In this document: piece after piece, positions 1 through 9,002 of the stretch | Position numbering within the stretch: position 1 is the stretch's first letter | How the letters are laid out: each line of letters opens with the position of its first letter | Origin: a virus | Lineage: Duplodnaviria > Caudoviricetes | Length of the DNA: 39,275 nt | Reading direction: 5' to 3' (one strand) | IMG/VR virus record: IMGVR_UViG_3300022407_004144 | Location: 1 to 39,275 of that record | Made by a program: the position numbers and the translations under genes | Notes under the pieces: generated by a model | What the model was told of the DNA's origin: nothing | The model's database searches: none | What the model saw: only the letters and a program-made list of their open reading frames with translations

Positions 1-127
1 GCGACGCCTCGCAGCTCGCTCGCGGCTAGACACGCGCCGGCTGCACCAGGCCATGACGCTGAAGCCGGTTGCCGTTCGCCGCGAGGGGGAGGGGGTAGGG
101 CCGAGCGGATGCGGAATGCTGTGGCCA
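1..127. repeat. Terminal direct repeat, left copy
   Basis: 1-127 is identical to 39141-39267; either an assembly circularisation overlap or a real short DTR. Confidence 0.9.
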
Positions 128-177
128 GCCTTTGAGAACGATTTTTATTTTTTGCAAAACGGCCCTATCCTACCGGC

Positions 178-681
178 ATGAGCTTCACCTCTCTGACCCA
201 CGAACCTTTGACCCTGACGGCCACCGAGCAGCGGCTGACGGCCGTCTACGAGGCCGCCCGCAAGGGGCTGAAAGGCGACACCCTGGCCTACGCCGCCGGC
301 ATGAAGCCCTCCGACTACCGCCGGCTTCAGCAGATGGACCCGCTGGTCGAGATGGCCGAGCTCAAGGGGCACGCCGACGGCGAGATGGAGCTCGCAACCG
401 TCCTCCACACCGCAGCCACCGCGCACGGCGACACCAAGGCGGCGCTGGACCTGCTGAAATATACGAGGGGTTGGGTGGCGCGCACGCAGATCGACGTCAC
501 CGTCGACGAGAAAATCAGTGTGCTGAAAGCCCTTGAAATGGCTGATAAACGCGTGATCGAGGGCACATATCGTGATACAACGGCGGAAGCCGAGGACGCG
601 TCAACGTCGCTCGGCTCCCTGACCACCCGGCTTACGGAGAGCCACGATGACTACGTCCCCTCTAACACAGGCGCGGCTTAA
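178..681 (+). CDS. terS: Terminase small subunit (putative)
   Basis: 167 aa, HTH-like N-terminus, first gene of the packaging block, upstream of terL. Confidence 0.7.
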   Translation: MSFTSLTHEPLTLTATEQRLTAVYEAARKGLKGDTLAYAAGMKPSDYRRLQQMDPLVEMAELKGHADGEMELATVLHTAATAHGDTKAALDLLKYTRGWVARTQIDVTVDEKISVLKALEMADKRVIEGTYRDTTAEAEDASTSLGSLTTRLTESHDDYVPSNTGAA

Positions 682-1147
682 GGCGCTACTGCACTACGAC
701 CCCGAGACAGGGGTTTTTCAGTGGGCCGGGCGTAAACACGGACGCGCCCGCAACAAAACCGTAGCCGGATGCGTAGAAAAGCGCGTAGGATACGCGACCG
801 TAGGCATCGACGGCAAAGTATATAAGGCGCACCGTCTGGCGTGGCTATACGTCTATGGTGTGTGGCCTGACGGCGTTATTGATCACATCAATCACAAAAA
901 ATCGGACAACCGCATTTGTAACCTGAGAGACGTCACAAATGCTCAAAATCACCAAAACAGAGCGCGACACACCAAAAGCGCGTCGGGGTATGTCGGCGTG
1001 ACGTGGCACAAACGAGACGAACGCTGGCTTGCGCACATAGAGGTGAACGGGAGACGTCACCACCTCGGGTACTTCAAAGACCTTGACGCCGCCGTAGAGG
1101 CGCGAAAAGCTGCGGAACGGGTGCACCACCCGCTTAGGGCGATGTAA
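647..1147 (+). CDS. HNH homing endonuclease with C-terminal AP2-like DNA-binding domain
   Basis: YKAHRLAW...IDHINHKKSDNRICNLR HNH motif; SGYVGVTW..W.A.I...LGYF AP2-like tail; GGAG RBS; lower GC than flanks. Confidence 0.9.
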   Translation: MTTSPLTQARLKALLHYDPETGVFQWAGRKHGRARNKTVAGCVEKRVGYATVGIDGKVYKAHRLAWLYVYGVWPDGVIDHINHKKSDNRICNLRDVTNAQNHQNRARHTKSASGYVGVTWHKRDERWLAHIEVNGRRHHLGYFKDLDAAVEARKAAERVHHPLRAM

Positions 1148-2667
1148 TGCAGACGACCCGGTATAGCGCGGAAGACGAGACAACGCTTATGTCCCGTCTG
1201 TGGTCCCGTGAAATCAAAGACAACCCGTTGGCCTTTGTCCTCATGGTCTTCCCGTGGGGACAGGAAGGCACGCCGCTCGCCAAGTTCACCGGCCCGCGCC
1301 GCTGGCAACGCGACATCCTCGCCCAACTGCGCGATCACATCGCCCAAAACGGCGGCAAAATCGACTTTGAGATGTTCCGCAAGGTCGTCTCCTCGGGCCG
1401 CGGCATCGGCAAGTCCGCGCTCGTCTCCTGGCTGGTCCTGTGGATGCTCACGACCCGGATCGGCTCGACCACTATCGTCTCGGCCAACACCGAGGCGCAG
1501 TTGACGACCAAGACCTGGCCGGAGGTCACCAAATGGGCCTCCATGGCGATCAACCGGCACTGGTTCGAGCCCATCGCCACCCGCATCACCATGGCCAAAT
1601 GGCTGACCGCGGTGGTCGAGCAGGACTTGAACCGCGACACCCGCCTGTGGGCGGCGCATGCGCAGCTCTGGTCGGCCGAGAACCCCGACGCCTACGCCGG
1701 CACGCACAACTACGACGGCGTCATGGTCATCTTCGACGAGGCCTCGGGCATCCCCGACGCGATCTGGTCGGTCACGGACGGGTTTTTCACCGAAAACACG
1801 CCGGATCGCTTCTGGTTCGCCTTCTCCAACCCCCGCCGCAACACCGGCTACTTCTACGAGGCCTTCCACGCCCGCCGGGCGTTCTGGTCGACCACGATCG
1901 TCGATGCGCGCACCGTCGAGGGCACCGACCAGAAGGTCTACGAGCGGATCATCGAGGAATACGGGGCTGACAGCCCCCAGGCGCACGTCGAGGTCTACGG
2001 GGTCTTCCCCAACGAGAGCGACGACCAGTTCATCTCCTCGTCCCTCGTCGATGACGCCATGGAGCGCACCCAACAGAAAGACCCGACCGCGCCCATCGTC
2101 ATCGGCGTGGACCCCGCCCGGTTCGGGTCTGACGCCACCGTCATCGCCGTGCGCAAGGGTCGCGACATCATCTCCATCCGCCGGCACCGCGGGGCGGACA
2201 CCATGGAGGTCGTCGGACGGGTGATCGAGGCGATCGACGAGTACAGCCCGGCCCTCGTCGTCATCGACGAGGGCGGCGTCGGCGGCGGCGTCGTCGACCG
2301 GCTCAAGGAGCAGCGGTACAAGCAGGTGCGGGGCGTGAACTTCGGGATGCGCAGCCGCCAGCCGCTGATGTGGGGCAACAAGCGGGCCGAGATGTGGGGG
2401 GCCATGCGCGAGTGGCTCAAGACCGCCTCGATCCCCGCCGACCGGCTGCTCAAGAGCGACCTGATCTCGCCCTTGGTAAAGCCGGACAGCAAGGGGACGA
2501 TGTTCCTCGAGAGCAAGAAGGACATGCGCGCGCGCGGCCTCCAGAGCCCTGACGCCGCCGACGCGATCTGCGTCACCTTCGCCTTCCCCGTGGCGTCCTC
2601 CGCGCGTGTCGACAAGACGCCGCAAAGACACTACGCTCCGACGCAATCCTCATGGATGGGCTCCTGA
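1147..2667 (+). CDS. terL: Terminase large subunit
   Basis: Walker A SGRGIGKS, Walker B VIFDEA, FSNP coupling motif, nuclease GVDPARFGSD and SPDAADA. Confidence 0.95.
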   Translation: MQTTRYSAEDETTLMSRLWSREIKDNPLAFVLMVFPWGQEGTPLAKFTGPRRWQRDILAQLRDHIAQNGGKIDFEMFRKVVSSGRGIGKSALVSWLVLWMLTTRIGSTTIVSANTEAQLTTKTWPEVTKWASMAINRHWFEPIATRITMAKWLTAVVEQDLNRDTRLWAAHAQLWSAENPDAYAGTHNYDGVMVIFDEASGIPDAIWSVTDGFFTENTPDRFWFAFSNPRRNTGYFYEAFHARRAFWSTTIVDARTVEGTDQKVYERIIEEYGADSPQAHVEVYGVFPNESDDQFISSSLVDDAMERTQQKDPTAPIVIGVDPARFGSDATVIAVRKGRDIISIRRHRGADTMEVVGRVIEAIDEYSPALVVIDEGGVGGGVVDRLKEQRYKQVRGVNFGMRSRQPLMWGNKRAEMWGAMREWLKTASIPADRLLKSDLISPLVKPDSKGTMFLESKKDMRARGLQSPDAADAICVTFAFPVASSARVDKTPQRHYAPTQSSWMGS

Positions 2668-2670
2668 CGC

Positions 2671-4752
2671 ATGGCCGCACCCGCCAAGACCAAAGAAGAC
2701 ATGCTGGCCACCATGCGCGCGCGCATGACGATGGCCATCGGCGCGTTGGGCAACAGCCGCGAGGCCGAGCTCGACGACCTGCGCTTCATGGCCGGCTCGG
2801 CGGACAACAACTACCAGTGGCCGAGCGAGGTTCTTTCGAGCCGTGGCTCCACGCAGGGCATGACGATCAACGCCCGGCCGTGCCTGACGATCAACAAGCT
2901 GCCGCAGCACGTCCGCCAGGTGACCAACGAGCAGCGGCAGAACCGACCGACCGGCAAGGTCATCCCCGCCGACGACAACGCCGACGTCGAGGTGGCCGAG
3001 GTCTTCAACGGCATGATGCGGCACATCGAGTATGTCTCGGACGCCGACGTCGCCTATGACACAGCCTGTGACAACCAAGTCACATACGGCGAGGGCTACG
3101 TCCGCATCCTGACCGAATACTGCGACGAGGCGACGTTCGATCAGGACATCCGCATCGGCCGGATCCGCAACTCGTTCAGCGTCTACATGGACCCGATGAT
3201 CCAGGACCCCACCGGCGCGGACGCGCAGTGGTGCTTCATCACGCAGGACGTCACCAAGGACGAGTACGAGCGCCGGTGGCCGGATGCGAGCCCGATCTCG
3301 TCCATTCAGGAGCAGGGCGTCGGAGACCCGAACCTGACCCAATGGCTCAACGACAAGACGGTGCGGATCGCCGAGTATTTCTACGTCCAGTGCGAGGCGG
3401 CGACGCTGAACCTGTACCCCGATGGCCTGACCGCCTTCGCGGGCACGCGCGAGGACAAGGTCGCGCGCATGCTGTTCGGCGCGCCGGTGCAATCCCGTCG
3501 GTCGGATCGCAAGAAGATCAAATGGGTCAAGACCAACGGCTACACCGTGCTCGAGGAGCAGGACTGGCCCGGGAAATGGATCCCCGTGGTCCGTGTCGTC
3601 GGCAATGAGTTCGAGATCGACGGCGAGATGCACATCTCGGGCCTCATCCGCAACGCCAAGGACGCGCAGCGGATGTACAACTACTGGACCAGCCAGGAGG
3701 CGGAGATGCTCGCCCTGGCCCCCAAGGCCCCGTTCATCGGCTACGGCGGCCAGTTCGAGGGCTATGAGAGCCAGTGGAAGACGGCCAACGTCAACAACTG
3801 GCCGTATCTGGAGGTCAACGCCGACGCGACCGACGCCCTCGGCAACCCGCTGCCGCTGCCGCAGCGCGCGCCGCCGCCGTTGGCGCAGACGGGGCTCATT
3901 CAGGCCAAGATGGGGGCCTCGGACGACATCAAGTCGACCACCGGCCAGTACGACAGCAGCCTCGGGGCCACGTCGAACGAACGGTCGGGCAAGGCGATCC
4001 TCGCGCGCGAGAAGCAGGGCGACACCGGCACCTACCACTACGTCGACAACCTTGCCCGGGCGATCCGGCACGTCACGCGCCAGTGCATCGACCTGATCCC
4101 GAAGATCTACGATACGGCGCGTATCGCCCGCATCATCGGGCTGGACGGCGAGGTCAGCATGGCCCGCATCGACCCGTCGCAGGACGTGCCGGTGCGCAAG
4201 ATCGAGGACGAGGAGGGCAACGTCATCGAGAAGGTCTACAACCCCGCGGTCGGCAAGTACGACGTCGTGGCGGTGACCGGCCCGGGCTACATGACCAAGC
4301 GTCAGGAGGCCGCCGAGGGCATGCAGCAGGTGCTGCAAGGCAACCCTGCCCTGTGGGCCGTGGCCGGCGACCTGTTCGTCAAGAACATGGACTGGCCCGG
4401 AGCGCACGAGATGGCCGAGCGGCTGCGCAAGTCGATCGACCCGAAGCTGCTGGCCGACGACGACAAGCCGCCCGAGCTGCAAGCGGCCGAGAAGCAGATC
4501 GAGGAGATGGGCGGCATGCTCCAGCAGATGCAGGGCGCCCTCCAGAACGTCGAGAAGTCGATCGAGGCGCAGACGCTGCGGACCAAGGAGTTCGAGGCTC
4601 AGATCAAGGCGTACGACGCCGAAACCAAGCGCATCGGCATCATGCAGGCGGGCATGACACCGGAGCAAATCCAAGATACCATCGACGGAACCATCGACGC
4701 CGCCATGCAAACGGGCGACCTCGCCCCGCAGACCCTGACACCGCAACTGTGA
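2671..4752 (+). CDS. Portal protein, P22 gp1-like
   Basis: 693 aa directly after terL; RPCLTINKL, KDAQRMYNY, SGKAILAR motifs; C-terminal Q-rich coiled coil. Confidence 0.9.
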   Translation: MAAPAKTKEDMLATMRARMTMAIGALGNSREAELDDLRFMAGSADNNYQWPSEVLSSRGSTQGMTINARPCLTINKLPQHVRQVTNEQRQNRPTGKVIPADDNADVEVAEVFNGMMRHIEYVSDADVAYDTACDNQVTYGEGYVRILTEYCDEATFDQDIRIGRIRNSFSVYMDPMIQDPTGADAQWCFITQDVTKDEYERRWPDASPISSIQEQGVGDPNLTQWLNDKTVRIAEYFYVQCEAATLNLYPDGLTAFAGTREDKVARMLFGAPVQSRRSDRKKIKWVKTNGYTVLEEQDWPGKWIPVVRVVGNEFEIDGEMHISGLIRNAKDAQRMYNYWTSQEAEMLALAPKAPFIGYGGQFEGYESQWKTANVNNWPYLEVNADATDALGNPLPLPQRAPPPLAQTGLIQAKMGASDDIKSTTGQYDSSLGATSNERSGKAILAREKQGDTGTYHYVDNLARAIRHVTRQCIDLIPKIYDTARIARIIGLDGEVSMARIDPSQDVPVRKIEDEEGNVIEKVYNPAVGKYDVVAVTGPGYMTKRQEAAEGMQQVLQGNPALWAVAGDLFVKNMDWPGAHEMAERLRKSIDPKLLADDDKPPELQAAEKQIEEMGGMLQQMQGALQNVEKSIEAQTLRTKEFEAQIKAYDAETKRIGIMQAGMTPEQIQDTIDGTIDAAMQTGDLAPQTLTPQL

Positions 4753-4759
4753 GATCCCC

Positions 4760-5305
4760 ATGTCGCGCATCGTCCCCCTCCCGGCGTCCAACACGGTCGT
4801 CGACAGCACCGTAAGCATCATCAACGCCGACGGCAGCGTCGGGTCACTGCCGGCCGCCAACTCCGACGGCAGCCAGGACATCGCCGGCGGCAACGGCACG
4901 AGCATCGCGACCGCCGCGAACCCGTTCCCGGTGGCGGTCAGCCCGTTCCCGTTCGGCGCGACGCCGATCAACGGCGCCAGCGGCAACGTCGTCAATGCGC
5001 AGGCGCAGGCCGTGCTCGCGGGCGCGTCTGGAAAGACCACCTACATCACTGGCTTGACTGTCAGTGGCGGCGGCAGCACGGCGGGCGGGGGCGTGACCGT
5101 CCAGATTGCGGGCCTTTTGGGCGGAACGATCTTTTTCCCCATCATGATCCCGACGGGTGCCACAGTTCCGATGCAGGGTTTGCAGTTGAACTTTAACCCG
5201 CCCCTCCCGGCCAGCGCCACCAACACAGCGATCACGCCAACGCTGCCCGCTGCCGGGGCCGGTAGCACTCATGCAGGGATCGCTGCCACCGGCTATCAAC
5301 TCTGA
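4760..5305 (+). CDS. Hypothetical virion protein (G/A/T-rich beta-type)
   Basis: 181 aa, TGATG-coupled to the next gene; composition typical of structural proteins. Confidence 0.6.
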   Translation: MSRIVPLPASNTVVDSTVSIINADGSVGSLPAANSDGSQDIAGGNGTSIATAANPFPVAVSPFPFGATPINGASGNVVNAQAQAVLAGASGKTTYITGLTVSGGGSTAGGGVTVQIAGLLGGTIFFPIMIPTGATVPMQGLQLNFNPPLPASATNTAITPTLPAAGAGSTHAGIAATGYQL

Positions 5306-6747
5306 TGGCCGGCAAGACCTACCCTCAGCTGGACGCCGCCGCGACACCCGTCGTGGACACGGACGTGATGGCGGTCTACCGCTCGCCGGGACCGCTCAAG
5401 CAGACCCCACTGTCCGAGCTATACAGCTACATCAAGACGTTCTTCGAAGCGTCGGGTGGGTCGGCGCTCGTCGGCTTTATCGCCTCCGCCGCCGGGGCGA
5501 TCGCTACGACGCTGCAAGCACGCGGTCGCAAAGTCATCTACGCCTCCGACTTCGGGGTGACCGGGGACGGTACGGACGAGGCGTCGAAGATGCGTTCGGC
5601 TATCGCCGCCGCGGCGGGCAAGTCCCTTTACGTCCCCAACCCCACGGGCACGTTCATTCTCTGCAACAGCAGCCTCGGAACAATCCCGCAGAAGACGCGC
5701 ATTTTCGGTGAGAGCAAGCGAGGCACGGTGATCCGCGCGGGCTTCGGCTCCGGCACGCTGATGACCCTGGCGGACGGCGTCGAGCTCGAAAACCTCGCGC
5801 TCGACGGCAACTCGCAGGCTTGCAAGGGCGTCGAGATCCTCGGCACCGCGGGCAACCAGTCGATGACCGAAGTTCGCATCATCAACTTCGCCAACGACTG
5901 CATCTATTTCGAGAAAAACGCCGGGTCGGGCTTCAACGCCGTGGGTCTGGAGGCTTTCCGTTCGGATGGCGCTTCGGGGTCGGGGAACTACGCCATCCGC
6001 ATCGAGGACGCTTCGGGCGGCCTTGGGCCCAAGCACTTCTTCGGCTTGGAGACGGGCGGACGGTGCGCCTTTTCGTTCGGCGGGGCCAACAACGTCTATG
6101 TCGTAGGCTCCACGCTGGCCGACTGCCTGTTCTCGGTCAACAACCAGTCGGTCCACATCATCGGTTGCCGCATCGCAAACGCCACGACCATGACCCTGTT
6201 GGGCTCCTCCGTGAGCATCGTGGGCGGCAACGTGAACCCGCAGATCATCCTCGGCTCGGGGGTTCAGTCCTGCTTTATCGCGCCGGCCGCAGCCAACAAC
6301 GGCATCCTCGACAGCTCGGGCGTGGCCACGAACCAGATTTTCGATGGCGTAACCCAGGTCTACACGCCCGTCCTCACGACTTCGGGCGGTTCGGTGACGA
6401 TAGGCGACGGCGACATCTCCGGCTCCTATTGCCGCACGGGGACGCAGATCGCAGGGAGCATCAACTTCACCGTCGGCGCATCGACCGTATTCAATGGCGG
6501 CGGCGGCACCCTGCGCTTCAGCATCCCGTTCACCCCGACCAGCATCTCGCTTCAACGCCAGGTGCAAGCGGAGATCATCGACGCCACGACGCCAGCGGCG
6601 CCGTATATGTGCGGCGGGCTTGTCCAATCGACCTTCAACTATTTGACGCTGATCCGCGACACGACGGGGCTGGTGACCAGTGCGAGCCCGATTGCCGTCC
6701 CCGCAGCAGGGGACACCTACCGCCTTTCGTTCCTCTACAACCTGTAA
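5305..6747 (+). CDS. Tailspike / receptor-binding protein with pectate-lyase-like beta-helix
   Basis: DFGVTGDGTDEA beta-helix cap followed by N/G/I-rich repeats; short N-terminal adaptor; C-terminal beta-sandwich-like region. Confidence 0.75.
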   Translation: MAGKTYPQLDAAATPVVDTDVMAVYRSPGPLKQTPLSELYSYIKTFFEASGGSALVGFIASAAGAIATTLQARGRKVIYASDFGVTGDGTDEASKMRSAIAAAAGKSLYVPNPTGTFILCNSSLGTIPQKTRIFGESKRGTVIRAGFGSGTLMTLADGVELENLALDGNSQACKGVEILGTAGNQSMTEVRIINFANDCIYFEKNAGSGFNAVGLEAFRSDGASGSGNYAIRIEDASGGLGPKHFFGLETGGRCAFSFGGANNVYVVGSTLADCLFSVNNQSVHIIGCRIANATTMTLLGSSVSIVGGNVNPQIILGSGVQSCFIAPAAANNGILDSSGVATNQIFDGVTQVYTPVLTTSGGSVTIGDGDISGSYCRTGTQIAGSINFTVGASTVFNGGGGTLRFSIPFTPTSISLQRQVQAEIIDATTPAAPYMCGGLVQSTFNYLTLIRDTTGLVTSASPIAVPAAGDTYRLSFLYNL

Positions 6748-6756
6748 GGGCCGGCC

Positions 6757-7017
6757 ATGACCGCTCAGGACCACATCGACGCCATCGGCCGCGCGCAACT
6801 CCGGCTGGAGGCGGACCTCAAGGACCTCGTGGCCGCCTCCAAGCTGGTCGAGCGGCTGGCGCTGCGGGCCAACATGCAGGCGCGCCGCGTCCACCACCTT
6901 CAGGACAAGGCGCAGCGGGCCTTCAAGGACGCCTACCCGCAGGACAACATCGTCCTGTTCTCGGGCGGCACCGACAAGCCCCCGGTCGAAGACCCCGATG
7001 GGCCGGTGAAACCGTGA
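6757..7017 (+). CDS. Small helical protein with C-terminal LFSGGTDKPP tail
   Basis: 86 aa, typical codon usage, GTGA overlap with the next gene. Confidence 0.75.
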   Translation: MTAQDHIDAIGRAQLRLEADLKDLVAASKLVERLALRANMQARRVHHLQDKAQRAFKDAYPQDNIVLFSGGTDKPPVEDPDGPVKP

Positions 7018-7502
7018 GCCTGATCTACACGATCGCCACGGCCGGCGTATTCATCGCCTGCTTTCTGGCCTACAGGTCTAGGCCGGAGAAGTACGCGGAC
7101 CTGATGGGCGTCAGCGCGCTCCTGTCGGTGGTCTTCGTCATCAATAACCTGCTGGTGACGCTGTATGGCTTTCCAGAGGTCATTCTAGCCGCGCCGATAC
7201 TGGACGCGTTCCTTGCGGTCATGATTTACCGGGCGTGGGTGGTAAGCCACGAGCCGTGGAAGGTCGTGATGGTGGGTGCGCTAGTGGCGCAACTTATGCT
7301 ACACGTCGTAGCGATTTCCATGTGGAAGTCGAGCGCGCTGACGCAGTACGGGCTGTATCTGTACGTTGTTGCGGTCAATGCGTTTTTCATCGTTCAACTT
7401 CTGGCCCTTGGGTGTGTCGGAGTGGGTCATGGTCTGGATCAGCTTCGCGCTTATTTGTCTAGTCGCGGGGGTTTGCCTTTTGTTGCGGATGCTCACCAAT
7501 GA
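7014..7502 (+). CDS. Multi-pass (about 5 TM) membrane protein
   Basis: GTG at 7014 overlaps the upstream TGA; 3' part of the 5820-7502 track ORF; about five hydrophobic segments. Confidence 0.75.
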   Translation: MSLIYTIATAGVFIACFLAYRSRPEKYADLMGVSALLSVVFVINNLLVTLYGFPEVILAAPILDAFLAVMIYRAWVVSHEPWKVVMVGALVAQLMLHVVAISMWKSSALTQYGLYLYVVAVNAFFIVQLLALGCVGVGHGLDQLRAYLSSRGGLPFVADAHQ

Positions 7503-7687
7503 GCGACCCGACACCCGCCGTAGTAGCCGACCGCGTGGCGAGGCTGACTGACCGGGTCGACGCACTTGAGCGCCAGATGGACGCGGTCATGGCCCTGCAA
7601 CGCTGGCAGATGGGGGCGGCCGTCGGGTTCGGCGTCGTCCTGACCCTGCTGCTCCCGAAAATCTCCGCGGCGTTGGGGTTGTCATGA
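7499..7687 (+). CDS. Small coiled-coil plus single-TM protein (holin/antiholin candidate)
   Basis: 62 aa, ATGA-coupled at both ends, C-terminal TM segment, upstream of endolysin. Confidence 0.6.
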   Translation: MSDPTPAVVADRVARLTDRVDALERQMDAVMALQRWQMGAAVGFGVVLTLLLPKISAALGLS

Positions 7688-8022
7688 TCCGTTGGCTGAT
7701 CGCCAGGCTGATTGGCTTCCGCGGCATGACGCGCGACGAGGCCCGCGATTGGGCCGCCATCCTCTACACGCCGGTCCTGACGCTCTGCGCCGTAGGGCAG
7801 GTGCTCGTCATCTGGTTGGGGCCTTGGCCGGAGAGCACAGCCGCACTCCGGCTCCAGTTCCTTGGGTGGGGCATGATCGCCAATCTCGGACTGATCGGCC
7901 TAGGGACGTTCTTCCTCCAGCGCCGGACGGTGAACCTCAAAGGGAAGACGCCCGGCGGGGGCGAGTTTGAGATCGAGAACGTCACAGCCCCCGACCCGCA
8001 AGCCAGCACAGGAACAACATGA
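7684..8022 (+). CDS. Holin candidate (2 TM)
   Basis: Two hydrophobic segments and a charged C-terminus, immediately upstream of endolysin. Confidence 0.6.
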   Translation: MIRWLIARLIGFRGMTRDEARDWAAILYTPVLTLCAVGQVLVIWLGPWPESTAALRLQFLGWGMIANLGLIGLGTFFLQRRTVNLKGKTPGGGEFEIENVTAPDPQASTGTT

Positions 8023-8444
8023 CATACGCCCTAGGCGCAAAATCCAAGGAACGCCTCGAAGGTGTCCACCCCGATCTGGTCAACGTGGTCGAAATGGCCA
8101 TCCTGCTGACCAAGCAGGATTTCATGGTGCTTGAGGGCGTTCGCACGCCCGAGCGCCAGGCGGAGCTGTACGCCCAAGGCCGTACGAAACCGGGGCAGAA
8201 GGTGACGTGGACGCTGAAGTCCAATCACTTCAAGAACCCGCAGACCGGCTATGGCCATGCGGTCGATCTGGTGCCGTTCCCCGTCGACTGGTCGCACAAG
8301 AAGCTGGACGTCGTCTCCAAGGCCATGTTCGCCGCAGCCGACACACTCGGCGTTGAGATCCGGTGGGGTGCCGATTGGGACCGCGACGGCAATCCGCGCG
8401 AGAAGGGTGAGAGCGACAGCCCGCATTTCGAGTTGGTGCTGTGA
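8019..8444 (+). CDS. Endolysin, M15 family (L-Ala-D-Glu-type) peptidase
   Basis: EGVRTPERQAELYAQGRT, SNH...GHAVD, WGADW, DSPHFEL motifs. Confidence 0.92.
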   Translation: MTYALGAKSKERLEGVHPDLVNVVEMAILLTKQDFMVLEGVRTPERQAELYAQGRTKPGQKVTWTLKSNHFKNPQTGYGHAVDLVPFPVDWSHKKLDVVSKAMFAAADTLGVEIRWGADWDRDGNPREKGESDSPHFELVL

Positions 8445-8746
8445 AGACCTTGACGTTGCGCGCGTACCTGTACCTCGCCGCGGTCGTCGTGGCGGTCATC
8501 CTGCTGCTGTCGTGGTGCGCCGACCGCGCGCGGCTCAAGGACGCGCGGCGCGAGGCATCCATCGCGGCCGCAACGGGCAAGGCGCTCGACAAGGTGGCCG
8601 AACAGACGCCTGTCATCCGGCAGGAGCAAAGGGAGAAGGAAGATGCTGTCGAGAAAATCGAAGGGGCTGACCAGCCTCTGCCTCCTGGCTTCGGCGCTGA
8701 CCTTGAGCGGGTGCGGCGCGGGAATGGTCATCCCCGACAGCCTTAA
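8441..8746 (+). CDS. Inner-membrane spanin (Rz-like)
   Basis: N-terminal TM followed by a helical periplasmic domain; follows endolysin. Confidence 0.75.
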   Translation: MKTLTLRAYLYLAAVVVAVILLLSWCADRARLKDARREASIAAATGKALDKVAEQTPVIRQEQREKEDAVEKIEGADQPLPPGFGADLERVRRGNGHPRQP

Positions 8747-8915
8747 GGCGGACTGCGAGAGCACGGTCGGCGACCTCTCGACGGCGACCAACGTCGGGCA
8801 GATCGGTCAGGCCGTAGTTCGCGGCGACGGCGACCTGCGGGTCTGTAACGTCAAGAAAGCCGCCGTCGTCGCCATCGCCGAGAGCCAAAACCGGCGCTGG
8901 TGGCAGCTGTTCTGA
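8643..8915 (+). CDS. Outer-membrane lipoprotein spanin (Rz1-like)
   Basis: Lipobox LSGC; overlaps the 3' end of the Rz-like gene in another frame; GGAG upstream. Confidence 0.8.
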   Translation: MLSRKSKGLTSLCLLASALTLSGCGAGMVIPDSLKADCESTVGDLSTATNVGQIGQAVVRGDGDLRVCNVKKAAVVAIAESQNRRWWQLF

Positions 8916-8921
8916 GGCCTG

Positions 8922-8950
8922 TTGCCAAAAAACAGCGACGCAGTTACCTT
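8922..8950 (+). promoter_or_regulatory. Sigma70-type promoter for scaffold/capsid operon
   Basis: TTGCCA (8922-8927), 17-nt spacer, TACCTT (8945-8950). Confidence 0.55.
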
Positions 8951-9002
8951 CACGGCACACGACCCTACCGGCGGGGCACACCGGGGGTTCAGAGAACCGT
9001 AG

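Noticed and set aside
5820-7013. 5' part of the 560-aa ORF 5820-7502
   Set aside because: Arg-rich off-frame read of the tailspike; the plausible gene starts at the coupled GTG 7014
8441-8915. Overlapping Rz/Rz1 frames
   Set aside because: Well-known spanin arrangement, not novel
169-8972. CCTACCGGC 9-mer upstream of both terS (169-177) and scaffold (8964-8972)
   Set aside because: A GC-rich 9-mer can recur by chance, and its distance to the start codon differs
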